Below, piece by piece: positions 15,521-24,586 of a DNA stretch of 24,586 nt (position 1 is its first letter; the number at the start of each line of letters is the position of its first letter). The stretch is from an uncultured Bacteroidota bacterium. Its GTDB lineage: Bacteria > Bacteroidota > Bacteroidia > 2-12-FULL-35-15. Location of the stretch: NCBI GenBank assembly GCA_903833025.1, contig CAILDT010000185.1, forward strand, positions 1 through 24,586, given 5' to 3'. The notes under the pieces were generated by a model, which was given only the letters and a program-made list of their open reading frames with translations, was not told the DNA's origin and did not search any database. A program made the position numbers and the translations under genes.

Positions 15521-16696
15521 ATGAACGCATATATAGTAGCAGGTTTTCGTACAGCAGTTGGTAAAGCCACAAGGGGCGGATTTAGGTTTACTCGCCCTGA
15601 TGATTTAGCATCTGATGTTATCAAACATTTAATGTCAACAGTTCCCAATATTGCTCCCGAACAGGTTGACGATTTAATAGTTGGTAACGCGATGCCTGAA
15701 GCGGAGCAAGGATTAAATATGGCTCGTTTGATTTCATTGATGGCTTTTAATACTGATAAAATAGCAGGTGTAACTGTTAATCGTTATTGCGCATCTGGTC
15801 TTGAAACTATATCTATTGCATCAGCAAAAATACACGCTGGTATGGCTGATTGTATTATTGCAGGTGGTGCAGAAAGTATGAGTTTGATTCCGATGGGTGG
15901 TTGGAGAATTGTTCCGCACGCTGGTGTCGCACTTGCTCACCCTGACCACTACTGGGGAATGGGATTGACTGCAGAAGCGGTTGCAACAGAATATAAAGTT
16001 AGCCGTGAAGACCAAGATGCGTTTTCATTTAACTCTCATCAAAAAGCAATAAAAGCTATTAAAGAAGGGAAGTTTAAAGAAGAGGTTGTTCCGATTAAAG
16101 TTACGGAAACGTATGTAGATGTGGACGAAAAGAAAAAGACAAGAGATTTTATCGTTGATACAGATGAAGGTCCGAGGGCAGATACAACGCTTGATGCACT
16201 TGCAAAATTAAAACCAGTATTTGATGCTAAAGGAAGTGTAACAGCAGGCAACTCTTCACAAACAAGTGATGGAGCAGCATTTGTAATGATAGTTTCTGAA
16301 AAGTTTTTAAAAGAAAATAATTTAAAACCAATTGCACGTATGGTAAGTTTTGCAGCAGCAGGAGTTCCGCCACGTATTATGGGAATAGGTCCTATTGTGG
16401 CTATTCCAAAGGCATTGAAACTTGCAGGAATGAATTTGAATCAAATAGATTTAATAGAATTGAACGAAGCTTTTGCATCACAATCATTAGCTGTTTGCAG
16501 AGAATTAAATTTGAATCAAGATATAGTAAATGTTAACGGTGGTGCTATTTCATTGGGGCATCCACTTGGTTGTACTGGTGCTAAATTGTCTGTTCAATTA
16601 TTTAGTGAATTAAAAAGAAGAAATAAAAAATACGGTATAGTAAGTATGTGCGTAGGCACAGGACAAGGTGCAGCAGGTGTTTTTGAATTACTTTAA
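15521..16696 (+). CDS. fadA: Acetyl-CoA C-acyltransferase (3-ketoacyl-CoA thiolase)
   Basis: Thiolase motifs NRYCASGL (catalytic Cys), TAGNSSQTSDGAA, NEAFA, GHPLGCTG and SMCVGTGQG. Confidence 0.96.
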   Translation: MNAYIVAGFRTAVGKATRGGFRFTRPDDLASDVIKHLMSTVPNIAPEQVDDLIVGNAMPEAEQGLNMARLISLMAFNTDKIAGVTVNRYCASGLETISIASAKIHAGMADCIIAGGAESMSLIPMGGWRIVPHAGVALAHPDHYWGMGLTAEAVATEYKVSREDQDAFSFNSHQKAIKAIKEGKFKEEVVPIKVTETYVDVDEKKKTRDFIVDTDEGPRADTTLDALAKLKPVFDAKGSVTAGNSSQTSDGAAFVMIVSEKFLKENNLKPIARMVSFAAAGVPPRIMGIGPIVAIPKALKLAGMNLNQIDLIELNEAFASQSLAVCRELNLNQDIVNVNGGAISLGHPLGCTGAKLSVQLFSELKRRNKKYGIVSMCVGTGQGAAGVFELL

Positions 16697-16714
16697 TATC
16701 TCAAATCTAAAAAT

Positions 16715-18493
16715 ATGAGTACATCAACCAAAGGAGGAGAATTCCTCATTAAAGAAACGGAAGCGAAAGACATTTTTATTCCTGAAGAATGGAACGAAGA
16801 GCAACAAATGATTGCGCAAACGTGTCACGATTTTCTTGCACAAAATGTATGGAATAATCTGGATAGAATAGATTTGCAAGAGGAAGGTTTAATGCCATCC
16901 TTATTAAACAAAGCGGGAGAGCTTGGTTTATTAGGCATTTCGGTGCCTGAAGAATATGGTGGCTTCGGGAAAGACTTTACTACTTCTATGTTGGCAACAG
17001 AAATAATGGGTGCCGGACATTCTTTCGCGGTAGCTATTTCGGCACATACAGGTATTGGCACGTTGCCTATTTTATATTATGGAAATGCGGAACAGAAAAA
17101 GAAATACATTCCTAAACTCGCGAGTGGTGAGTGGAAAGCGTGTTATTGCTTAACAGAACCAAGCTCTGGCTCGGATGCTAATTCAGGAAAAACAAAAGCA
17201 GTGTTATCTCCTGACGGCAAACATTATATATTGAACGGACAAAAGATGTGGATTACTAATGGCGGTTTTGCTGATATTTTCACAGTGTTTGCGAAAATTG
17301 ATGATGATGCAAATCTTTCCGCATTTATTGTGGAGAAAACATTTGGTGGTATTGCATTGAATCCTGAAGAGCATAAAATGGGTATTAAAGGCAGTTCTAC
17401 ACGACAAGTATTCTTTAATGATTGCAAAGTACCAGTAGAAAATCTTTTATCGGAACGACAAAATGGATTTAAGATAGCAGTTAACATTTTAAACCTTGGG
17501 CGTATTAAGTTGGCTGGTGCTGCTATTGGTGGTAGTAAAGTAACAGTTACAAAAGCTGTTGAATATGCAAACGAGCGTAATCAATTTGGAAGACCTATTT
17601 CTAAATATGGAGCTATCAGATATAAATTAGCGGAACAGGCAACTCGTATTTATGCTTCTGAATCTGCGATATACAGAGCAAGTGAAAATATAGAAGACGC
17701 CACAAAAGCATTGATAGCAGGAGGAATGGATGAGGCAAAAGCAAAATTAAAAGGGGTGGAACAATTTGCTGTGGAAGCAGCTATATTAAAAGTACACGGC
17801 TCGGAAGTGTTGGATTATGTGGTGGATGAAGGTGTTCAGATTTATGGTGGAATGGGATACAGTGCCGAAGCTCCTATGGACAGAGCATATCGTGATGCAC
17901 GTATTAATAGAATATTTGAAGGCACAAACGAAATCAATCGTATGTTGATTGTAGATATGATGCTGAAACGCGCTATGAAAGGCGAATTGGATTTGATGAC
18001 TCCTGCACAAAAAGTAGCTGCTGAATTAATGAGTATACCAAGTATGGATGTACCTGATGATACTCTGTTTGCAAAAGAAAAACATTATATCATCAATTTT
18101 AAGAAAGCTGTTTTGATGGTTGCTGGTGCTGCTGTGCAAAAGTTAATGCAGAGTTTAGCTAAGGAACAAGAGGTGTTGATGAGCATTGCCGATATGATGA
18201 TTGAAATTTATGTTAGCGAATCTGTTTTGTTACGTGCAGAAAAGTTAGTGAGCATACGTGGTGAAGAGGCGTGCAAAGAACAAATTGCGATGATGCGTGT
18301 TTACTTAAACGATGCGTCCGATAACATTTATAAATCAGGAAAAGAATCGGTGAATTATTTTGCTGCAGGTGATGAACAACGTATGATGATTACTGGTTTA
18401 AAGCGTTTTACCAAAGTTGATTCCTTTAATTCGGTGGAAGCACGCCGTACTGTTTCTGCAAAATTGATTGCGGAGAATAAGTATTGTTTTTAG
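16715..18493 (+). CDS. fadE: Acyl-CoA dehydrogenase (long form)
   Basis: YCLTEPSSGSDA, LNGQKMWITNG, KMGIKGSST, ILNLGRIK, QIYGGMGY and RIFEGTNEINR. Confidence 0.93.
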   Translation: MSTSTKGGEFLIKETEAKDIFIPEEWNEEQQMIAQTCHDFLAQNVWNNLDRIDLQEEGLMPSLLNKAGELGLLGISVPEEYGGFGKDFTTSMLATEIMGAGHSFAVAISAHTGIGTLPILYYGNAEQKKKYIPKLASGEWKACYCLTEPSSGSDANSGKTKAVLSPDGKHYILNGQKMWITNGGFADIFTVFAKIDDDANLSAFIVEKTFGGIALNPEEHKMGIKGSSTRQVFFNDCKVPVENLLSERQNGFKIAVNILNLGRIKLAGAAIGGSKVTVTKAVEYANERNQFGRPISKYGAIRYKLAEQATRIYASESAIYRASENIEDATKALIAGGMDEAKAKLKGVEQFAVEAAILKVHGSEVLDYVVDEGVQIYGGMGYSAEAPMDRAYRDARINRIFEGTNEINRMLIVDMMLKRAMKGELDLMTPAQKVAAELMSIPSMDVPDDTLFAKEKHYIINFKKAVLMVAGAAVQKLMQSLAKEQEVLMSIADMMIEIYVSESVLLRAEKLVSIRGEEACKEQIAMMRVYLNDASDNIYKSGKESVNYFAAGDEQRMMITGLKRFTKVDSFNSVEARRTVSAKLIAENKYCF

Positions 18494-18497
18494 AAAT

Positions 18498-18572
18498 TTT
18501 CTCGCAAAGACACAAAGAACGCAAAGTGTTTAATTAATAAATCCTTTGCGTTCTTTGTGTCTTTTCGAGAAA
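18498..18572. repeat. 29-bp inverted repeat (1 mismatch, 17-bp loop) built from CRCAAAG heptamers
   Basis: TTTCTCGCAAAGACACAAAGAACGCAAAG (18498-18526) versus CTTTGCGTTCTTTGTGTCTTTTCGAGAAA (18544-18572). Confidence 0.92.
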
Positions 18573-18583
18573 CAAAACCTCAA

Positions 18584-19072
18584 ATGGATATTCACAAAGC
18601 ACATTATTCTTCTCCCATCGGAACTATTGAAATTACAGGGAATGAAGAAGGTATTATCTCCGTGTATTTTATTGATGCCACAAAAAATACTTCTACCAAA
18701 ATTCATTCTTCTTTAAAAGATGGCGTTACTCAACTGGATGAATATTTTAATAGCAACCGCAAGCTATTTGATTTAAAACTTAATCCCGAAGGCACTGAAT
18801 TCAGGAAGAAAGTATGGGATAAGCTGGTGAAGATTCCGTACGGTAAAACAAAATCATATTTAGATATTGCCAAACAAATGGGTGATGCAAACGCTAACCG
18901 AGCAGTAGGCAATGCAAATGCAAAGAACCCCATCTCTATTATTGTGCCTTGCCATAGAGTGATTGGAAACTCTGGCGATTTGGTTGGTTACAGTGGTGGT
19001 ATGTGGCGAAAGGAGTGGTTATTAAATCACGAAAACAGTGTGGTGTTTGGTAAACAAACATCTTTATTTTAG
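18584..19072 (+). CDS. ogt: Methylated-DNA--protein-cysteine methyltransferase (start moved to ATG 18584)
   Basis: SPIG, FRKKVW..L.KIPYG.T.SY, RAVGNANAKNPI, active-site PCHRV and GYSGG...K.WLL.HE. The GTG at 18557 lies inside the hairpin and is an unlikely start. Confidence 0.93.
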   Translation: MDIHKAHYSSPIGTIEITGNEEGIISVYFIDATKNTSTKIHSSLKDGVTQLDEYFNSNRKLFDLKLNPEGTEFRKKVWDKLVKIPYGKTKSYLDIAKQMGDANANRAVGNANAKNPISIIVPCHRVIGNSGDLVGYSGGMWRKEWLLNHENSVVFGKQTSLF

Positions 19073-19098
19073 ATATTTGAATCTCATATCTCACATCT

Positions 19099-19506
19099 TT
19101 AGATAGCTTTCATTTTATTTCCTTTCGCATCGTGTGTTACTTCTGCCAGTCCGAGCTTTTCCATAAGTGGTGGAACGTACATTCCGAATCTTCCTCTCAA
19201 TCCTTTTTTTAAACCATACCAACCTTTCACAGGGTTTTTTTCTGACCGTCCCCACGCTTCCACAGTACCTTCTTTCGCAGGTTTCTGTTCATCAGCACTG
19301 CCGAGTTCCATCCAGTCGCCGTGCTTTTTTAGCATAGTGTGTAAATCTGCAAGACAACGGTAATCGTAGTGCAACACTGTTTTACCAACTGTGCAAACCA
19401 ATATTTCTTTTCCATCTTTCACATCTTTGTGCATCGTAAAATCAGATGATAACGGTGGTGTTTTCAGTACCCACGGACTTTCCTTTGTTCCAAGTTCTTT
19501 TGCCAT
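19099..19506 (-). CDS. Conserved hypothetical protein (DUF6855-like)
   Basis: Recognisable conserved blocks GTKESPW.LKTPP, GDWMELGSADEQKPA.EGTVEAW and GWYGLKKGLRGRF. It has its own -7 box at 19535-19542. The family number is from memory. Confidence 0.7.
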   Translation of the reverse strand: MAKELGTKESPWVLKTPPLSSDFTMHKDVKDGKEILVCTVGKTVLHYDYRCLADLHTMLKKHGDWMELGSADEQKPAKEGTVEAWGRSEKNPVKGWYGLKKGLRGRFGMYVPPLMEKLGLAEVTHDAKGNKMKAI

Positions 19507-19534
19507 TTTGTTTTTATTTATTTTTAATGAAGTA

Positions 19535-19542
19535 CAAATGTA
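19535..19542 (-). promoter_or_regulatory. Bacteroidota -7 element (TACATTTG)
   Basis: Exact TAnnTTTG on the minus strand, 28 nt upstream of the ATG at 19506. Confidence 0.6.
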
Positions 19543-19560
19543 ATTTTTATTCTTTAAAAC

Positions 19561-19595
19561 AAAAAAGAGGGGCGATAAAATCGCCCCTCTTTTTT
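19561..19595 (-). terminator. Rho-independent terminator of the large T9SS gene (symmetric, potentially bidirectional)
   Basis: AAAAAAGAGGGGCGAT-AAA-ATCGCCCCTCTTTTTT is a perfect stem flanked by A6/T6 tracts, 43 bp past the stop at 19639. Confidence 0.88.
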
Positions 19596-19638
19596 ATCCA
19601 CTAAATTAACTAGTGAATTAATGAACCAATAAATTAAT

Positions 19639-22600
19639 TTATTGAACCACCACTTTTCTAGTCATCATTTTTCCTTCTACTTGCATAGAAAGGAAATAAA
19701 TTCCTTTGCTTAAATCTTTAATTTCTACATCATAAGTAGCCATTCCCTTAAATGATTTAGCATTTATTGTTTTTACTGTTTTACCCAACACGTTAACAAT
19801 AGAAGCACTTTCCACTTCCATATTTGTAATTAAGTTTATCGTAATAACATCTGATGCAGGGTTTGGATATACTGTAAACACCTCATCAATGCTGTATTGG
19901 TTGATGCCTGTATTGTTAAATGTAGCTGATTGAGCTGAACAACCGTTCGCATCAGTAATTACTACATAATAGAACCCAGTACCAGTCATTGTAAGGAATT
20001 GTGACGTAGCCCCTGTTATAGCACTTCCGTTTAAATACCATTGGTAAGTAGTTGCTGTGCTTGATTGTAACACGTTAACATTTGGGGTAATTGTAGGAAC
20101 TACTGGTGTATTTACAGTTACTGCATAAGTAGCAGCAGTGCTTGTGCCACACGCATTAGTTGCAGTTACGGTAATGTTACCACTTGTAGAACTAGCAACA
20201 GGCATAATACTATCAGTAGTAGAAGTTCCCGTCCAGCCGCTTGGCATAGTCCAGTTATAACTTGTAGCGCCAGTTACAGCAGCTACATAATATTCATTCA
20301 TACTTCCAGAACAAATAGGAGAAACTCCTGTAATAGCACCCGGTGTTGGTGGAGCAGTGTTAAATGCAACTGCCAATGTTTGTGGCGCACTTGCACAAGA
20401 ACCGTTGTTTGCAGTAACAGTGATTGTTCCACCAGCACCTGCAGCTAATGCAGTAATTGAATTAGTACCTGCACCTGAAGTAACAGACCATCCAGCAGGA
20501 ACTGTCCAAGTATAACCTGTAGCACCAGCTACTGAACCAATTGAATATGTTTGAGTACTACCTGTACATACAGTAACGCTTCCTGTAATTGTTCCCGGTT
20601 GTGCAGGAACCACGTTTACAGTAACAGCTAAAGTAGTAGCAGCACTTGTTCCGCAAGAGTTTGTAGCAGTTACAGAAATAGTACCACCAACAGTACCTAC
20701 AGTTGTAGAAATAGTATTGGTAGTAGAAGAACCTGTCCAACCACCTGGCAATGTCCAGTTATAAGATGTAGCACCTGTAACAGCACCAACTGTGTATGAT
20801 TCTGTAGCAGCTGAACAAACTGTAGTGTTACCACCAATGCTTCCTGGTGCAGCTGGTGGAGTGTTTACAACCACTGCCAGAGTTTGTGCAGGGCTGCTAC
20901 ACTGACTGTTATTAGCAGTAACCTGAATATTTCCGCTTAATCCGGCAACACCTGTAATAGATGTAGTAACCGAGAAACCTGTCCATCCACTAGGGAATGT
21001 CCAAGTATAGTTTGTAGCACCAGCCACAGCAGCTATTGAATATGGTTGAGAACTACCAACACACATTGTAGTTGCTCCAGTAATTACTCCCGGCATTGCA
21101 GGGCTTGTGTTCACCGTTAAAGTTGCACTTGAAGCTGCTGATGTTCCGCAACCATTAGAAGCAGTAACCGAAATAGTTCCTCCTGCAGAACCAGCAGTTG
21201 CTACAATTGAATTTGTTGATGATGTTCCTGTCCAACCTCCTGGCAACGACCAGTTGTATGAAGTAGCTCCTGCTACAGCACCTACTGAATACGTATTAGT
21301 TGCAGACGAACAAACTGTTGTACTTCCTGTGATAGAACCTGGAGCAACTGGAGCAGCACTGCTTACTGTTACGTTTAATGATTGTGAAGGACTTGTTCCG
21401 CAAGAGTTAGAAACTGTTACATAAATAGTTCCGCTTAATGTACCTGAAGCAGTAATTGTATTAGTAGTAGAAGAACCTGACCATCCCGAAGGCAATGTCC
21501 AAGTATAACTCGTAGCTCCTGCTACTGGTGCTACCGAATATGTTCCTGAAATACCAGAACACACAGCAACACTTCCATTAATAACTGTTGGTTGAGTAGG
21601 TGTTGCATTTACTGTAACAGCTAATGATTGCACCACACTTGTACCGCAATCGTTTATTGCAACTACAGTTACTGTACCAGTTGTACCTGCTAATCCTGTT
21701 ATGGAATTGCTTGAAGAAGCACCAGCCCATCCCGAAGGTAATGTCCAGTTGTAACTAACTGCTCCTGCAACAGGAGAGATAGAATACGTTTGAGTTGTTC
21801 CAGAACAAATAGTAGTGTTTCCGGTTATCGCTCCCGGTTGCGCTGGTGCCGAACCTAAAGAAACTACAAGTGTTTGAACTGGTGAAGTACCGCAAGCATT
21901 AGTAGCAGAAACTGATACAGTTCCACCATTAGCACTTGTTAAAGCTGAAATACTGTTTGAAGTAGAACTTCCGCTCCATCCTCCTGGCAATGTCCAGTTG
22001 TAAGTTGTAGCACCTGCAACAGGAGTAATAGAATATGTTTGAGTTTGTCCCGGACAAATACTTACTGCTCCTGTTATTGCACCTGGTTGTGCAGGTGTTG
22101 AACCAAGCGTTACGCTTAATGTTTGTGCTGCTGATGTACCGCAAGTGTTAGAAGCAGTAACGGAAATAGTTCCTGCATTTGCTCCTGCTGTAGTGTTAAT
22201 GCTGTTAGTAGTAGAACTTCCGCTCCATCCTCCTGGCAATGTCCAAGTATAAGATGTTGCACCGGCAACTGCCGTTACAGAATAAGTTCCTGCTTGTGAA
22301 GGACAGAAAGTTGTACTTCCTGCAATTCCTCCTGGTTGTGTTGGTACTGTATTTACAGTAACGTTAGCTACCGATTGAGTACTTGAACCACACGCATTGT
22401 TAGCAGTTACTGTTACGTTTCCGCTGTTTGCACCTGCTGTTGTAGAAATACTTGTTGTTGTAGAAGAACCTGACCAACCACCTGGCAATGTCCAAGTATA
22501 TGATGTTGCTCCTGCTACTGATGATATACTGTATGTTTGAGCAACGCCTTGACAAACAGTTAAGTTTCCAGTAATCCCTCCTGGCTGCGTAGGAACCGGA

Positions 22601-24528
22601 TTTACAGTAACAGAAAGCGTTTGTGTAGCACTTGTACCACAAGCATTTGTTGCAGATACCATAATGGTTCCGTTGCTTGCTCCCACAGTTGCTGATATTG
22701 AATTTGTTGTTGATGAACCACTCCATCCTCCTGGCAATGTCCAGTTATAAGATGTTGCGCCTGCAACTGCTGTTATTGAATAATTTTGAGAAGTAGTTTG
22801 ACAAACAGATGTATTTCCTGTAATAGCTCCTGGTTGTGTTGGTGCAGTTGCAATAGTTACAGCCAAAGTTGTTGGTGCACTTGTTCCGCAACCATTAGTT
22901 GCAGTAACTGTTATTGCTCCACCTATTGCTCCTGATGTTGCAGTTATTGAGTTTGTTGTTGAAGAGCCTGACCATCCGCTTGGCAATGTCCAAGTATAAG
23001 ATGTTGCACCTGAAACGGCAGCAATAGAATATGTATTAGATGTTCCTTGACAAACTGAAGTAGTACCAGTTATAGAACCTGGTGCTGTGGGTGCAGAGCA
23101 ACCAAATACCGGCTCAATCATTAGTCTTGCATCTACTACTCCGCTGAAATCAGCCCACGTATTTGCACCTGTAGGTGTTTGGTAATAAAACTTTGTTAAA
23201 CGAACTGGTGTTTCAATTTGGTCCGACATTGCCATATTTACTGTTCCTTCCTGTGTTAAACCAACATAAAAACCACCATTAACTGCAACAGCTGGGCTAA
23301 CGGTAATAGGTGTAATACCTACAATAGAAGTATAACTTGTAGAAGAATAAAGCAATGTTCCTGGTGTTCCGCCTGCTCCTGCAGCATCCCAAATATTAAC
23401 ATGGCAAGGTTGCCCTGCTACGTTGTTATTAGCATTTACACTTGTGATAGTAGTGGCAGAACTGGTATTAAATTTTACTGCAATATCTCCTGTTGCACCA
23501 TTAAAACCTACTCCATTAGCCACTGTAGCTCCGTAAGCATAATTATATGAATTTGTATTTACTGTTTGCGTAACCGAAACGCTGTTACCAGCTATTATGG
23601 CATCTGCCGGAACGGATACAGTTACCGTATTAGTACCTGCTGTATTTGAAGTATAACCTGCAAAGGTTACAATGGTAGATGCACCGGCAGCTAAACTTGC
23701 AATAGTTTGAGTGTTAGTAAACGCATTATCACCTGTTACATTTAAATATACTACTTTATTAGTAAGTGTTGTGTTTCCTGTGTTAGTAATATTTGCAGTT
23801 ACTACGTGAGGATTAATATATGGTTTTGCTATAGTTCCTAATGTATATACGTTAGAAACTGTTGCATCACTTGAAGTTGTATTAGAAGTATATGAGTACG
23901 TATCTACTCCTATATAATCAGAATTAAGACCTACCTGACCTCCGTTTGTTACATAATATCTAAAAGCAACTCTACCGGAAGTTGGTCCGCCTAATCCGCT
24001 TATAGTAATGGTGTATTGTGTCCATACTGCTGGGTAAACTGTTGTACTTAAAGTTGGATTAATTTCTAATAATAAAGTAGTAAAATCTCCCACAGCAGCC
24101 GAACCTACGCCAGCATTTAAACTTGCACCATTTCCGCTGAAACGCACTTGCAAATTATCAGGATAAGTAGCTGGGTTTGCTATTACTCTTGTGTAAAAAG
24201 AAACAACATCACCGTTGTTAAATATCCGGTTAGGAGTAAATAACCAAACGCTTAATGTTCCGGCAGCTGTTGTTGATGAATCTGCCTGAAAATCAGCGGC
24301 AACATAGGAACTGTCGGTTCCTGCTTGTGCTATAAAAGTAGTGGCGGGCACACCTTTAATCCAGCTAGATGTGGTGCTGGCGTTATCACTGTTGTTGGTA
24401 GAATACCAATCTACCAATGCGCCTAAGTTTTCGAACCCCTCTGTGAACGATTGTGCCTTTGCTCTGCTTTGCACTCCGCAAACAATTAATAAGGCAATAA
24501 ATAATTTAATAATGTAATTTGTTTTCAT
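19639..24528 (-). CDS. Large T9SS surface adhesin: cleaved-adhesin/choice-of-anchor J domain, CARDB-like domain, 12 PKD-like repeats, sorting domain
   Basis: Signal peptide ending KAQ; FTEGFE...WLFTP...SFYTR...YPDNLQV...RVAFRYY (choice-of-anchor J pattern); 12 repeats containing YxWTLPxGW; sorting domain VYPNPAS, IVNVLGKTV, GIYFLSM, RKVVVQ. Confidence 0.92.
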   Translation of the reverse strand: MKTNYIIKLFIALLIVCGVQSRAKAQSFTEGFENLGALVDWYSTNNSDNASTTSSWIKGVPATTFIAQAGTDSSYVAADFQADSSTTAAGTLSVWLFTPNRIFNNGDVVSFYTRVIANPATYPDNLQVRFSGNGASLNAGVGSAAVGDFTTLLLEINPTLSTTVYPAVWTQYTITISGLGGPTSGRVAFRYYVTNGGQVGLNSDYIGVDTYSYTSNTTSSDATVSNVYTLGTIAKPYINPHVVTANITNTGNTTLTNKVVYLNVTGDNAFTNTQTIASLAAGASTIVTFAGYTSNTAGTNTVTVSVPADAIIAGNSVSVTQTVNTNSYNYAYGATVANGVGFNGATGDIAVKFNTSSATTITSVNANNNVAGQPCHVNIWDAAGAGGTPGTLLYSSTSYTSIVGITPITVSPAVAVNGGFYVGLTQEGTVNMAMSDQIETPVRLTKFYYQTPTGANTWADFSGVVDARLMIEPVFGCSAPTAPGSITGTTSVCQGTSNTYSIAAVSGATSYTWTLPSGWSGSSTTNSITATSGAIGGAITVTATNGCGTSAPTTLAVTIATAPTQPGAITGNTSVCQTTSQNYSITAVAGATSYNWTLPGGWSGSSTTNSISATVGASNGTIMVSATNACGTSATQTLSVTVNPVPTQPGGITGNLTVCQGVAQTYSISSVAGATSYTWTLPGGWSGSSTTTSISTTAGANSGNVTVTANNACGSSTQSVANVTVNTVPTQPGGIAGSTTFCPSQAGTYSVTAVAGATSYTWTLPGGWSGSSTTNSINTTAGANAGTISVTASNTCGTSAAQTLSVTLGSTPAQPGAITGAVSICPGQTQTYSITPVAGATTYNWTLPGGWSGSSTSNSISALTSANGGTVSVSATNACGTSPVQTLVVSLGSAPAQPGAITGNTTICSGTTQTYSISPVAGAVSYNWTLPSGWAGASSSNSITGLAGTTGTVTVVAINDCGTSVVQSLAVTVNATPTQPTVINGSVAVCSGISGTYSVAPVAGATSYTWTLPSGWSGSSTTNTITASGTLSGTIYVTVSNSCGTSPSQSLNVTVSSAAPVAPGSITGSTTVCSSATNTYSVGAVAGATSYNWSLPGGWTGTSSTNSIVATAGSAGGTISVTASNGCGTSAASSATLTVNTSPAMPGVITGATTMCVGSSQPYSIAAVAGATNYTWTFPSGWTGFSVTTSITGVAGLSGNIQVTANNSQCSSPAQTLAVVVNTPPAAPGSIGGNTTVCSAATESYTVGAVTGATSYNWTLPGGWTGSSTTNTISTTVGTVGGTISVTATNSCGTSAATTLAVTVNVVPAQPGTITGSVTVCTGSTQTYSIGSVAGATGYTWTVPAGWSVTSGAGTNSITALAAGAGGTITVTANNGSCASAPQTLAVAFNTAPPTPGAITGVSPICSGSMNEYYVAAVTGATSYNWTMPSGWTGTSTTDSIMPVASSTSGNITVTATNACGTSTAATYAVTVNTPVVPTITPNVNVLQSSTATTYQWYLNGSAITGATSQFLTMTGTGFYYVVITDANGCSAQSATFNNTGINQYSIDEVFTVYPNPASDVITINLITNMEVESASIVNVLGKTVKTINAKSFKGMATYDVEIKDLSKGIYFLSMQVEGKMMTRKVVVQ
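20107..23094 (-). repeat. Twelve tandem ~83-aa (~249-bp) coding repeats
   Basis: The span is 2988 bp, or 996 codons. Each unit reads P..PG.ITG...VC.....YS...V.GATSY.WTLP.GW.G.S.TNSI......G.I.V.A.N.CG.S......V.V, with two Cys. Confidence 0.93.
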
Positions 24529-24586
24529 TGTTTTGTTTTTTGTTTTTTGATTTGTTTTTAATTGATTTGATTGTTTTGTTTTTTAA

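Noticed and set aside
18557-18583. N-terminal extension of ogt from the GTG at 18557
   Set aside because: It lies in the right arm of the 18498-18572 hairpin. ATG 18584 gives a normal-length protein.
4664-22726. Many 60-140-aa antisense or alternate-frame ORFs inside large genes (e.g. 4809..5132, 5751..6122, 13695..14111, 21107..21424)
   Set aside because: They are fully nested in well-supported genes, have no motifs or promoters, and reflect codon periodicity of Thr/Ala/Gly/Val-rich or conserved host genes.
24529-24586. T-rich low-complexity tract at the window end as a special repeat
   Set aside because: On the minus strand it is an A-rich leader (AAAC/AAATC runs) before the adhesin ATG, the usual Bacteroidota translation-initiation context.

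Overview
Low-GC Bacteroidota chromosomal window, judged from T9SS C-terminal sorting domains, TAnnTTTG -7 promoter boxes and A-rich leaders without Shine-Dalgarno sites. Left to right it holds the end of an outer-membrane beta-barrel gene, a LytTR response regulator and a second beta-barrel gene. An accessory island follows at ~1.7-5.8 kb: an orphan antitoxin-like gene, an HxlR-type winged-helix gene divergent from a 5x42-bp tandem array and an uncharacterised 317-aa gene, a DUF559 endonuclease pseudogene inside four copies of a CGTC-tagged GC-rich palindrome, and a T9SS cargo gene. Next come more T9SS cargo genes (one broken by an in-frame TAA), a T9SS protein coupled to a peptidase-S74 tail-fibre-like protein, a fadN-fadA-fadE beta-oxidation operon, ogt, a DUF6855-like gene and a 1629-aa T9SS adhesin with 12 PKD-like repeats. 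The most unusual signals are the phased 42-bp array with its flanking genes, an A/C strand-composition bias over ~2.0-5.7 kb that ignores gene orientation and fades inside a gene, and several unrelated palindrome families at gene junctions, one apparently inserted in frame in a T9SS signal. No rRNA, tRNA, CRISPR array, integrase or reverse transcriptase was seen. Family names come from motif recognition only; no database search was run.
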